Assembly (NCBI GenBank): GCA_964016885.1
Contig: OZ024740.1
Span: 350,362,001-350,426,000, forward strand
From: Eledone cirrhosa
Taxonomy: Eukaryota
Direction: 5' to 3'
Length of the DNA: 64,000 bases
Numbering within the stretch: the stretch's first letter is position 1; the number at the start of each line of letters is the position of its first letter. Shown here in pieces: positions 10,395 through 23,785 of the stretch. The translations under genes and the position numbers were made by a program. The notes beneath the pieces were generated by a model. The model worked only from the letters and a program-made list of their open reading frames with translations, made no database searches and was not told where the DNA came from.

Positions 10395-13300
10395 GTTCTT
10401 TGAGTCTCAGTCATTGATGTTAGTTAACTGGAAAGTTTGTTGAAATGAATATCAAGCCACTACCTGCAGCTTCAGATATTCAGGACGTATCGGAGGGTTC
10501 TTGCTGTTCCCAGCAAGCATGCCTTTTGAAGCGTTCCAAAAAGCGTGGCGGGGCCAATTTTCTTTAACCATCCCTGGAAACATTTTGAGATAGTCCCTAG
10601 TGCGCCTATGACAATCGGGATAACTTTGACTTCATGGCAGTTCCAAATCCTTTTTACCTCCCACTTTAAGTCCTGGTATCGGTTAATTTTCTCCCTCTCC
10701 TTCTCTTGCACTCTCGTGTCGAATGGGCAGGCCACATCCACAATCAGGCACGATCTTCTTTCCTTGTCCAAAACCACCAGGTCAGGTCTATTGTGTTCCA
10801 GTTTCTTGGTCGTCTGTATCCTAAAATCTCACAGCACTTTCACCTGATCGTTTTCTATTACTGACTCTGGCTTATGCTCATACCACTTCTCAGAATGTGG
10901 TAAATTGTTTACTTTGCATAGGTACCAGTGGATCACCCTGCCCATCACATCAAGTCGCCAGCCTTTATAGTGAATCTGGGCTAGGTGTTTAAACTCGGAT
11001 ACAATGTGAGCGACAGTCTTCTCTCTCTCCACAGATCCTGCTCAGTGAGCTAGCATCCTCCTTGTAAATATGGTGTTTGAACCACTTCGTTTTGAGGGCC
11101 TGCTCTTGCGCAGCCATTAGGATTGCTTCTGTAGCCTTTTTAAGGTCTCCTCTTTTCAACCAGTTCCATGTCTGTGGATCTCTGAATTCAGTTTTCTCAA
11201 AATAGGTACTATGAAGGGATTTTTCATGAAGGCTACTCTTTCTCTTTGTTCTTATTTCCTCCCTGGACATCCCCTGGTCTATTGTCCTCTCCTTCAGTAC
11301 AATTCTGAGCATTGGCTCCTTACTATCAGTCACGTATTTGTGTAGGTTGTTTTTCTCCACCTGAACACAGTCCTCTATGCTGATAAGACTTCTTCCACCT
11401 TCAGATCTCCTTAAGTAGAGTCTATCGACATCACCCCTGTTGTGGAACATGTTGTAGATAGTCAATAGCTTCCTAGTCTCCCTATCCATTTCTTTTTGTT
11501 CAGCAACATTCCATCTCAGAATTCCCGCACTGTACCTAATAATAGATACAGCTCGGGAATTTACTGCTCTTATGGCATTCCTACTGTTCAGATGTGACTT
11601 TAATACGCTCCTTACTCTCCGAATGTATTAAGATCTTATCAATTCTTTCATATTTTTGTTCTTGATGTCATCAGCCGCCAGAACACCCAAATACTTGTAT
11701 CCTTCTTCAGAGTCAATTTCCTTTATCATCTCATTGTTGGTACCTGGATTCCGTTGCTTCTGCTCAATTTACCCCTCTTCATCACAAGGACTCCACACTT
11801 ACTAATACCAAATTGCATACATATATCATTGGTGAAAATACGGACAGTGTCAACAAGCACATCCAACTCCTTCTCACTCCTCCCGAAGGGCTTAAGATCG
11901 TCCATGAAGAGGAGGTGATTGATGGGAAGCTCTCCCTTTCCCAACTTGTATCCTGCTCTCACTTTTCGCAGTATAATGGTCAGGGACATCAGGGCAAGGA
12001 CAAACAACAGAGGGGACAGTCTATCTCCCTGGAAGATACCTCTCTTGATCTTCACGCCTCCCAAGGATTATCCAGCTGATGTTAACTCTGTTTTCCAGGA
12101 CTTCATACTTTTGCTCAACAACGGTCTTATGTTATCTGCCACCTTGAAGATCTCTAGGGCTTTGGTGATCCAAGAATGAGGCACCATGTCAAATGCCTTT
12201 TTGTAGTCTATCCATCCCATGGCAAGACCAGTGTGTCTCCTCTTGCAATTCCTCATTACCATCTTATCAATAAGTAACTGGTTCTGTGTACCACGGGACT
12301 TCTTTCGGCATCCTTTCTGTTCGTCCGGTAACAAGTTGTTTATGTGTAGGTGATGGTAGATTTCCTCAGACACAATGATTGTCAACAGTTTCCACAGTAC
12401 GGACAGACATGTGATAGGTCTATAGTTGGTAACATCATTACCCTTGATTCGGTCTTTCATTACCAGAACTGTGGTATCTTCTGTCAACCACTCTGGTACC
12501 TCACCTGACATCAAGCAGTCATTGAACATGGTTGTCAGTTTCGGGTGGAGGGATGTTATATTTTTAATCCAATACCCCTGCACACCATCTGGGCCTGGTG
12601 ATTTCCAGTTGGTTAGTATTTTAGCCTGCCCCTTAAGAGTTTCAACTGTGATACTCAAATCAGTTTGTTGGTGTGCCTGTTGACTAATCTCCTTTTGTAC
12701 TGTCTCAATCCACACTGCCTGGTAATTATGTTTAACATCCTGCTCCCATATTCCTCTCCAGAATGTCTTAGTTTGTTCCACCTCAGGGATCAAGTCGTTG
12801 CCTCTTTCTTTCCCTTCAAGCTGTCCAAACAACATCTTCTGTTTGTTGTCAAACATGCTGTTCTGTCTATACTGACTGACTCTGCTCTCGTATCGCCTAA
12901 TTTTTGCACTCTTTGCTACAATGAGTTGCTTCTGTCCTCTATGATAATATGTAGCTTTTTCCTCCTAGTTTTGTACTTCATTTCCAATCTATTTTTAGTG
13001 TCGATGTTTTTTAGTGTCCCCTTCAGTAGGGACTCAAGCTTTCCAATGTCATTTCTCATTTCCCTGATTTGACCATTCAGTCGCTTCTTCCACCAAGGTT
13101 CTGATCTTTCTTGTTTGTTGTTTCCTCTCGCTTTTATGCCAAATAATTTCCTCACCGCATTTGCTGTTGCTTTGAGGATATTGTTGCACTGGTGAAGGCT
13201 CCTCGCCTCAAGGTATGGGATAGCTTTGTTTACCTTAGCTGTTGTTTCTTTTAACTTTTTCTTGTCTACAAATCTTAGGTTCATAGGTTTCCCACTATCA

Positions 13301-13420
13301 TTGTTCATTTCATCTACCACTAAGTTTAGGATATCAACCAAATCTTGTCCTAGCCCGTCAGCATTCATCTTCTCAATGGCCGTATCTTTGTTCCAGGTAT
13401 TATTTTTTTCAGCATTCAGC
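10395..13420 (-). mobile_element. R4/Dong-clade non-LTR retrotransposon (RT plus restriction-like endonuclease), 5'-truncated, frameshifted
   Basis: NYRPITCL, GIFQGD, LLFMDDLK, RPDL..LIVDVACP..EKINRYQDL. (TAA)n on both sides. Confidence 0.93.
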
Positions 13421-13447
13421 ATTATTATTATTATTATTATTATTATT

Positions 13448-14156
13448 ATGGACAACTTCCAGAAATCTCTGGCCTAGCAGTGCTACCGAAGAGCCTTGCC
13501 AGTTCGGGATAAACTCTACAGGCATGGAGGTGCCGTCAGCCGGGCATGTCCGAGATGCGCGCAGGGCCACGAAACCTTATGTCGAACACCTGCTGTCGCG
13601 TGTAGGACGGATCCGGCTATCATCTGAGTCCATCATGAGGATTTCCCCGCCCTCTTCCTTTAGCCGGGAAGGGCAGGCAGTTTTTATCTGTCTGGTGGCC
13701 ATGGCGAAAGAGATAGTATGGTGGACACATTTGAAAGGGCTGAAGACGAGCACTTACCTCTTCGGTGATGCCCTGATTGACTTTTTCAAATTTCATTTGA
13801 AAAGGAAAATCCGAGTAGAGAGGGAAGTGCTCTCTTCCCAGCATTTTGTTGAAAGATGGATGAGAGAAGCAAGAATGGCCCGAGTAAATGGGCTTACTCT
13901 GAGTATGTTTCTGTAAATTAAAGGTGGAAAACTGGGAGAGGGCACTTGCCTTGGTGGTCAGGGTCACTGTGGGCTTTCTCCACAAATGTCCCTCCGAAAT
14001 CTCCCCCCTATTGGGGAATTTTTCATTGTTATTTTTTTGTTACATCCTCTGTTTTTGTTTTTTACACGCAGAAATGCCCATTTGTACCGTCCTGTATTGT
14101 CCTGCACTACCCTTAATGTCTACTTTATGTAAACCCGTGTGGTTAATAAAGAAATC
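13448..14156 (+). mobile_element. 5'-truncated Tx1 3' fragment with small internal deletion
   Basis: Starts at MDNFQKSLA directly after (ATT)n. Same 3'UTR and tail as copy 1. Confidence 0.92.
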
Positions 14157-14177
14157 ATTATTATTATTATTATTATT

Positions 14178-17100
14178 GAATGCTATGGTTGACGGAGGCT
14201 CGGCTCTGTAAGGTATTGTAAATTTTGACCGCTATAACAATTGTAAATTGTTTAAAACTTTAACCAAATTGTAGACAAAAACACCCACCTCCTCTTGAGA
14301 GGGGTCTTTCTGCCCGTTATTTGGCCCTTCGGGTTTAAATAACCGCTTATTTGGGTTTTGTGCCCAATATTTATTTTAAACAAAACAAACATTGCTACGA
14401 AAAAGAATTTTCATAGGTCACTCCCACTCATTCCGTCTTCTTCTTCCTCAATCGTCACTACAGCAGAGAGAAGATTGTCTCTCTCCCTCCCTTCTCTAAA
14501 TGTGTCTCTCTCCCTCCATTCTCTTTCGCAAGCGACGCCAGTAAAGAAAAACCACGTGTAAAGCGTGCAACATTTCTCCACGACGACAACGACGAAAAAG
14601 GTGTGCCGGAAATACGAAAACCCATTTCATTCGTCTGACGTCATGAATAATAGCAGTAGCAGCCGTAATAACAGCAGCAGCAGCAACAGTGATAAGGAAA
14701 ACAACAGTAGCAGCCGCAACAGCATCATCAGCAGCATAAACAACAACAGCATTAGCAGCAACAGCAACAACAACAGCAGCAGCAGCAACAACAAGAACCA
14801 CAGCAACAGCGGCGGCGGCAGTAGTCGTAGTACCTGCAGCAACAACAAAAGTAACAGCAGCTCTGACGACAACAACAACAACAACAACAGCAGCAAAGAA
14901 AAACCAATTTCGTTTGCAGGTATCGCAAAGAACCTGGAAACCATCCTCATAACAAATGAGGAATTAGAGGAAGCGAAGAAGATGGTGACGAAAACCGGAC
15001 ACCGAGCAATCTGCAAGGCAGCCGAAATTTTTTTCGAAACCCAACAGCACTGTACGGTCACGTACCGTACAGTAAGCACAAAATCCCATAGGGTTGAAAG
15101 AGCCACAGAGGCTCAAATACAAAAAGCCTTAGGGTCTGTGTGGCAGCGGAAAACGCATATCACCCGAGGCAAGAAATATGCCACCGTAGACGTGCTTTTT
15201 GTCACACCCCAGGAGGCAAAGGCTCAATCCTTAGTGACCCTAAGGAGCGAGGAAATGGTGTTGGTCGCCTCCTACTGCGGGCAAAAAATTGTGAGGGTCA
15301 AACTAACCCACGCCCCCCCCCCCCCGGGATGGCCCCTTCTTGACTGTCCGCGTCTGTCCTCGTCGGAATTGAGGACAAAACAACTGTACTACAAGTACAG
15401 AAAAAAGTAAGAGAAGATTGGGTCGGCACCTCCATTGAGATGTTAATCCAAACCAACCAGGAGTGCATCGAAGCTATCCCGGATGTGATAGACTTCAATA
15501 ACGGCACTCAACTGCCCATAAGTGTTGAGCGCAAACGTCCGAAATGCTTTCGCTGTGGATCGAAGACTCACCTCAGGGCCTTCTGCAACGAGAAGACCCT
15601 GAGAAAGGAGAAAACCCCCTCCTTCCGAAAACGGCTCCACGGCTACCAGCAACAGGACAAGCGGCAACCAGGAACGATAGGTCCGTGGCACCCATACCCA
15701 CGCCACGGAAATCAAGAAGAGCAGCAGCAGTGGAAGTATTAACAACAACAACAGTAATACCAAATGCAGCTGCAACAGAGACTCCACTGCAAACATCACC
15801 AACAACAACAAGTGAAAGAGTGGAGCTGGTACCCCTCCGCGACCTCACAGAATCAGAGATGGAGTGTGAGGTGGGAGAAGGATGGCAAAAGGTCGTAAGA
15901 AGGCACAAACGCAGAAGCAGCGCATCGTTGCCTTCGAAAAGGGAGGAAAGAAATGAAAAAAGGGTAAAGGCTACTGCAAAGGGACTCACAGCAGCAACAC
16001 CACCAACACCATCACCACCCACACTAGCACCACTATCACCACCGGCGACAACCCCACCGCCAACAACAATACCACCACCACAAGCACCAACATAGCAAAC
16101 ACAACAACAAAACACACACACCCAGCAACAACGACAAGAAAATAGCAGAACCACACCCCATCCCCAGAAAAACAAATGCACGGCAATAAATACACACAAC
16201 AAGAAACTAATGACTTACATAATTGAACACACAGACATTTCACAGCATGACTACATAATACCAGCACCAATCAAAACGCCAACTAACATAAGACTGCTAA
16301 AAATAGCACAGAAACAATACACAAACATTAAAACGAAATTCCCCAACGCAGTTGGTGATTTCAGAGACCTAGGAGGGACTCTCAACCGGAGAGTATATTC
16401 GGACATACTCATAGAAGAGCCGACGACCAGCCAAAGGGACGATTCAACGGTGCCTTCACCAGACGATCAAGTAAAAAGGGATGGAGAAACCATCCTTCCG
16501 CTACGAAAAGTACGGTAAGTGGTCTTTCCCATCTTTTCCACTCTATTTTAAACATGACATCACTCAGAATAGGCAACATAAATGCGCGTAGCTCGGGGTC
16601 GTCATGGAAGCAGGGTCACCAGCTCAACGACCTCAGGTCACTAAACATAGATGTAGTGGCGATCAGCGAGACCAGAATCTCCGAAGCACGGGCCTTCGCA
16701 CCGATCTTCGGCGGCTACGATGTGTACGCATCTCCCAGCCGTCCACGATTGGGGGGGGGGGGGGAGTTGCTGTGCTTTTTCGGAGAGGTTTGGATCTCGC
16801 CATACGGGCCATCTTCCTGAACCCAGAGGGTAAGTTGGTGGTGCTGGACGTGACCAGTGGAGACGGGCAAGCTTTCAGGCTAGTGGCCGTCTATGCCCCG
16901 ACAGGAGCAGGGCGGCCTGATTACTTCCGGCGTCTGGAGACCTTTCTTGGAATGTCCCGCTCTTTAGTGTTAGTGGGCGACTGGAACGGGATCTTAGATG
17001 CACGCTGGGACTGTGTGGGATTAGCGGATAGGGGTGGAGGGTGCAAGAGCCTCACCAACCTGCTCAGGCGTTTTGAACTGTCTGACCGGTACCGATTGGA

Positions 17101-20100
17101 TTTCCCGAATGTGCCAATGTGGACTTGGACAAATCGTATATGGTCATCCAGATCATATCTAGATAGAGTATTTTGTAGGGAAATAGATAGGTCTAGCATA
17201 GGCTGTCCACAATTCAAGATAGTCAGCTACACGGACCACACATTCGTGATCTGTGTGCTTGATTTAGATAGGTTTTATAGACGAGGACCCGGTTACTGGA
17301 AGCTAAACGCGTCCTTACCAGCGCGCAAGGCCTACAGAGACCGGATTAGCGAACTAGTTAAGCGGGCGTTGACGGGGGCCATCGTCAACAACAAGTGGTG
17401 GTGTGCTCTGAAAAGAGCGATTAGAATAGAATCGATTAGGTTTAGTAAGGCTTTAGCAATAGAGAAAAATAGAGCAGAGGGAGAACTAGTTAGAAAATTA
17501 GACGAGGCGCTTAGGAAAGGCATTGAGACCGACGTGCTTGCGGCGAAATTGGCCCTTTACCAATTCTTAAATGCAAAGCACGAAAGCTGCGTTATCAGAG
17601 CTAGGGTGCGTGCTCTCAGACACGAGGGGACGAAAGCCGTTCAATGGGCCCGAGTGGCGGAGGCGCGTTGTGGCAACAAAGCCACGATCTGGTCTTTGGT
17701 GGACCACGACGGGCGCATGCTACTCGATCCCGGGCAAATGTGTGAAGCTTTTCAGCGACACTTCGCTCAGTTGTTCGGGGGAAGCGGTGGGCCGTGTCGA
17801 GGGATGGACTTTAGTGACTACCTCGACGGACTGCCGCGGCTCTCGGCCACTGAAGCGGAGTGTTGCGAAAAGCCGATAACAGCCGCTGAAGTACGGGAGG
17901 CAATGACTGGCTGCACAAGGGGTAAATTGCTTGGTTTGGATGGTCTGCCCTATGAAGTTTACGTACAGATGCCAGACTTGTTCGGAGGCCTCTTGGCGGA
18001 CGTCTACTGCAACGGGAGAATTCCCAGCTCTGTGAGCCGAGGAGCGGTGGCACTGCTGAGAAAAGATCAGAACACGAGGGATAACATAGATAATTTCAGG
18101 TCCATAACTCTGCTAAACACAGAGTTCAAGATTTTGGCCAAGGTGCTAGCAAAGAGGTTGGCGCTTGTCGTTGGTGGTCTGGTGGGAGAGGCGCAGACAT
18201 GCGCCATTCCCGACAGATCCATCCACGACAACCTCCACCTCATGCGATACATCGTAGAGAGGGTAGCTCGGGAACCTGGCACGGGTGGGTCCTTGATCAA
18301 TTTAGACCAGTCGAAAGCTTTCGATAGGGTCGACCATCGTTACCTAGCGGCAGTCCTGAGGGCGGCTGGCTTTGGGCCCGTCTTCAGAGGCTGGATCACT
18401 GCCATGCACAGCGACATCTGCTCTGTGGTGAGAGTGAACGGTCACCTGTCGGAACCCTTCAACATCATGCGCTCGGTCCGCCAAGGATGTCCCCTCTCGT
18501 CCCTCTTGTACGTATTGACCCTCGAGCCATTACTGCACAAACTGGAGACGTTGAAGGGCGTCCCGCGAGAACTAGGATGCGGAAGATCCGTGTCAGCATA
18601 TGCGGACGATGTCACCGTAGTGGTGTCGAACGACAAACACATCGAGGCGATCGGCACTACACTAAGAGAATACGGAGCGGTGACAGGAGCAATGATCAAC
18701 CAGGAAACGGCAGTGGGCCTGCAGCTCGGCACCTGGAGAGGCAGGTCCATGCCGTCCAACAGCGTCGTCGGACGCTGGACGGACGGACCGGTTAGACCTG
18801 GGGGTCTGGTTCGGTCCGGACCTCCAGACGGACAAAATCTGGGACGAGGTGACGAGCAAGGTGGCTTCTCTCACCCAGAAACTGCGGAGAGGAAGCTATC
18901 CCTGAAAGGTCGAGCGGAGGTGGCTAACGCGTACATCGCGTCTGTCATCTGCTACCGCCTGACCGTCGTACCTTGTCCTAAGCCCCGCCTGACTGCGCTG
19001 GAGCGTTTGCTCTTTCGCTTTTTGTGAAGGGACGCGCTCCGATGGTCAGGCTGTCCATCTGCTGTCAACACCCGCTACGTGGAGGGCTGGGCATGCCGTG
19101 GTTGATGATGCGCAGACACGCGCTCAGGCTATGACATCTCCACCTCTTCCTCGACGGTGATCAGGTGTGGTCGCCGTTTGCTAGACACGTATTTTCCCAG
19201 CTCGTTTCCTTGACGGAGCTGCAGTCCTGGGTCAAGCGAAGACCGAGAGGGAGCGCCTGGAGACTGGAATGTCTTCAGGCGCTCACAGCCCTCGACCAAT
19301 CGGGCAATGTGATCGGTGGAAACTCCACCTCGGCGTTCTATAGAGGATTAGTGGAGGGGAAGAGCGACGACGTACTTGGGGAAACTCTAGGCGTCGACGA
19401 AAATCAACTAGCCAATCTCTTCGGAAGAACTTTCGGGCCGGGACCTATGGGCAACTTCCAGAAATCTCTGGCCTGGCAGTGCTACCGAGGAGCCTTGCCA
19501 GTTCGGGATAAACTCTACAGGCATGGAGGTGGAATCAGCCGGGCATGTCCGAGATGCGCTCAGGGCCACGAAACCGTTCTGCACGCACTCGTCCAGTGTC
19601 CGAAAATTGCTGAACTTGTGGGTTTATGTCGAACACCTGCTGTCGCGTGTAGGACGGATCCGGCTATCATCTGAGTCCATCGTGAGGATTGCCCCGCCCT
19701 CTTCCTTTAGCCGGGAAGGGCAGGCAGTTTTTACCTGTCTGGTGGCCATGGCGAAAGAGATAGTATGGTGGACACATTTGAAAGGGCTGAAGACGAGCAC
19801 TTACCTCTTCGGTGATGCCCTGATTGACTTTTTCAAATTTCATTTGAAAATGAAAATCAGAGTAGAGAGGGAAGTACTCTCTTCCCAGCATTTTGTTGAA
19901 AGATGGGTGAGAGAAGCAAGAATAGCCCGAGTGAATGGGCCTACTCTGAGTACGTATCTGTAAATTAAAGGTGGAAAACTGGGAGAGGGCACTTGCCTTG
20001 GAATCAGGGTCACTGTGGCCTTTTACTGGGCTCTCTCCACAAATGTCCCTCCGAAGTCTCCCCCCTATTCGGGAATTTTCTCATTGTTCTATTATTACAT

Positions 20101-20210
20101 CCTCTGCTTCTTTTTTTACACGCAGAAATGCCAATTTGTACCGCCCTATATTGTCCTGTACAGTCCTTAATGTCTACTTTATGAAAACCCTTGTGGTTAA
20201 TAAAGAAATC
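14178..20210 (+). mobile_element. Tx1-clade copy 3, full length (ORF1 type A), several frameshifts/stops
   Basis: Collinear with copy 1. ORF1 ~14394-16518, ORF2 16554-19963 with YADD. (ATT)n on both sides. Confidence 0.93.
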
Positions 20211-20237
20211 ATTATTATTATTATTATTGTTGTTATT

Positions 20238-21527
20238 ACTCTTTGAACCTAAGTCATTGATGTTAGTTAACTGGAAAGTTTGTTGAAATGAATATCAAGC
20301 CACTACCTGCAGCTTCAGATATTCAGGACGTATCGGAGGGTTCTTGCTGTTCCCAGCAAGCATGCCTTTTGAAGCGTTCCAAAAAGCGTGGCGGGGCCAA
20401 TTTTCTTTAACCATCCCTGGAAACATTTTGAGATAGTACCTAGTGCGCCTATGACAATCGGGATAACTTTGACTTCATGGCAGTTCCAAATCCTTTTTAC
20501 CTCCCACTTTAAGTCCTGGTATCGGTTAATTTTCTCCCTCTCCTTCTCTTGCACTCTCGTGTCGAATGGGCAGGCCACATCCACAATCAGGCACGATCTT
20601 TTTTCTTTGTCCACAACCACCAGGTCAGGTCTATTGTGTTCCAGTTTCTTGTCCGTCTGTATCCTAAAATCCCACAGCACCTTCACCTGATCGTTTTCTA
20701 TCACCGCCTCTGGCTTATGCTCATACCACTTCTCAGAATGTGGTAAATTGTTTACTTTGCATAGGTGCCAGTGGATCACCCTGCCCATCACATCATGTCT
20801 CCAGCCCTTATAGTGAGTCTGGGCTAGGTGTTTACACTCGGATACAATGTGAGCCACAGTCTCCTCTCTCCACAGATCCTGCACAGTGGGCTAGCCTCCT
20901 CCTTGTAAATATGGTGTTTCAACCACTTCGTTTTGAGGGCCTGCTCCTGCGCAGCCATTAACATTCCTTCTGTAGCCTTTTTAAGGTCTCCTCTTTTCAA
21001 CCAGTTCCATGTCTGTGGATCTGTAAATTCAGTTTTCTCAAAGAAGGTACTATGAAGGGATTTTTCCTGAAGGCTGCTCTTTCTCCTTGATGTTATTTCC
21101 TCCTTGGACATCCCCTGGCCTATTGTCCCCTCCTTCAGTACAGTTCTGAGCATTGGCTCCTTACCATCAGTCACGTATTTGTGTAGGATGTTTTTCTCCA
21201 TCTGAACACAGTCCTCTATGCTGATAAGACCTCTTCCACCTTCAGATCTCCTTAAGTAGGTTGTTGTCGAACATGCGGTTCTGTCTATACTGACTGATTC
21301 TGTTCTCGTATCGCCTGATTTTTGCACTCTTTACTACAATGCGTTACTTCAGTTCCTCTATGATAATATTTAGCTTTTTCCTCCTAGTTTTGTACTTTAT
21401 TTCCCGTCTATTTTTAGCGTCTATGTTTTTTAGTGTCCCTTTCGTTAGGGACTCAAGCTTTCCAATGTCATTTCTCATTTCCCTGATTTGACCACTCAGT
21501 CGTTTCTTCCACCAAGGCTCTGCTCTT
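20238..21527 (-). mobile_element. R4/Dong copy, 5'-truncated with large internal deletion (junction ~21260)
   Basis: RLE domain ORF 20315..20884 and CRICG knuckle. RT absent. Flanked by (TAA)n. Confidence 0.9.
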
Positions 21528-21760
21528 ATTATTATTATTATTATTATTATTGGCGACCTACGTAGGAAATCGTATTATCGTGAGCTCCGCAAAGGTTTGT
21601 TATTTCCGTTTGTTTAAAAATTGCCATTTATGGAAAATTTTATTGTAAACTGTTTATAAGCACACATACATTGTTTTCCGAAAAGGACACCCAAAAAGAT
21701 TGGGGCCTTGTGCCCAAAATTTTAACTTTTATTATTATCCAAAAATTTCTTTGAAAAAGA

Positions 21761-23751
21761 ATGGCTAATTCCCCTCTGCACGAAGCAGCTGAAAGCCTTC
21801 CTCACAAAATAACACCTCACACCGACACCACCATTGTAAATGTTACTACGTTTGCCAACACAAAAAAAAATATAAGCAGTAGCAATATTTTAAATTTGTC
21901 TCAGGCAGACATTCATTTCCCGCCATTACCAATGACTGCAGGTGTTAAACCCTCCACCACCACCACCACCACCGCGACAACCACCACCACCACCACCACC
22001 GCGACAACAGAAACAAAAGAAGAAAAAAATAAATTAACTCGTGACGTCGAAATGAAATCAAGCAAAATGGACTCTTCCCCACCAAAGACGACTGACGTCA
22101 CCACCACCACAACTGAAAATAAAATTAATATTAACGATAGCAACAACAACAACAATGACATTATAAAACCGACCCTCAGTTTCGCCATCGTAGCAAAACA
22201 ATTCGAAGCGTTCACGGTAACTCAAGAAGATTTAGAAAATGCCAAACAAATGGTAAAGAAAGATGGGTACAGGGTCAGCCTCACCCCCCCCCCACCTAAT
22301 AAAATGGAGCATCGGCGCCTGTGCACCGTGTCGTATAGAACAATAAATGTAAAATCGCGCCGAGTGGAACGGGCATCCGAGTCCCAAATCCAAAAAGCTT
22401 TGGGACATGTATGGGCAAGAAAAACCCACATCAGACGTGGGCAATAGTATGGAACCGTGGATGTGTTCTTTGAAACACCAGAGGAGGCTAGAGAACACTC
22501 CATGACCCCATTAAAAAGTGACGACCTCACACTCGTCCCAAGCTATTGTGGCCAGAGACTCGTAAAGATCAGGGTGACCCACGTTCCACCGGCCATCGAA
22601 ATTCCCTGGCTAATAGCGGCTGTCCTCGCCGGCATCGAAGCCAACACGAAAATAATAGCAGTAGCAAAAGAAAAGCAGGAAAACTGGTCCGGATCTGGGA
22701 TGGAGCTCCTGATCCAAGCGGACCAAAAAAGCATTGAGGAGATCCCAGAGGTAATAGACCTCACTGACGGCAACCACCTCACGGTAATTGTCGAGGGCAG
22801 AAGACCTAGGTGTGTCGTTTGTGGTGAAGGAACCCACCTAAGGGCTTTCTGCCCTCAGGCTAAAAGGTTGAGGCCACCTCTCCTACCCACCCCAGTGACA
22901 CAACCATCAACACCACCAGTAGCAGAGATGGCAGCAACAACTGTAGCAGCAACAACAGAAGCAACTATAACAGCAACAACTCCAGCAACAGTAGCAAAAC
23001 CAACACCACTACCACCACCAGCAAAACCAACACCACCACCACCCAACGCTTCAGAACTAGCACCAGCGCCTACACCATCCACCACACCACAACCAAAACT
23101 AACGGCTGTGGAGGATTTTCCACTCCCCGGCCTATCACAACTGGAGACAGATTGTGACGACGAGGAGTGGGAAACGATATCCGGAAAAAAAAAAGAAACC
23201 AAAAAAGAAAAAATTCTCTTCCTTCCCCCTCCAAAAACAAAATACAGAGGGAAACAAATAAACTAAGAAACAAAAAAGTTAGGACAGATATGCCACCATC
23301 CACACCAGCATCACCAACCCCATCAACCCAAACACCAACACCATCACCATCATTATCCCCAGCACCACCATCACCTACACCACAAAAGTCACCAAAATGC
23401 GAAACAGAAACAAACCCACAACAAACGCAAACAAAACAAAACAACCAAAACGATACACACTACACAGCATTAAATTTGAACAACAAGCAATTATTACACT
23501 ACATCCAACACAACACCAGCATCACAGAAAAAGACTACACAACAACCCCAAAATTCACACCACCTCCACACATACAAATCACTCGCATCACACAGAAAAC
23601 GTACATGACACTAAAACAAAAATTCCCCAAAGACATCGGAGACTTCCGACAAGCACTCTCCAGGAGGATTTATAAGGACATCCTTCCTGAGGAGGCCACA
23701 AGCAGTGAAAAGGATGGAAAAGCCGTCCTTCCCCTACGAGAAGTAAGGTAA
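21761..23751 (+). pseudogene. ORF1 type B (T-rich N-terminus, RRM-like region, CCHC knuckle, P/T linker, conserved C-terminal block)
   Basis: ORFs 21761..22447, 22457..23266, 23167..23751. Homologous to ORF1-A but strongly diverged. Confidence 0.85.
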
Positions 23752-23785
23752 GTGGTCTTTCCCATCTTTTCCACTCCTTTTCAAC

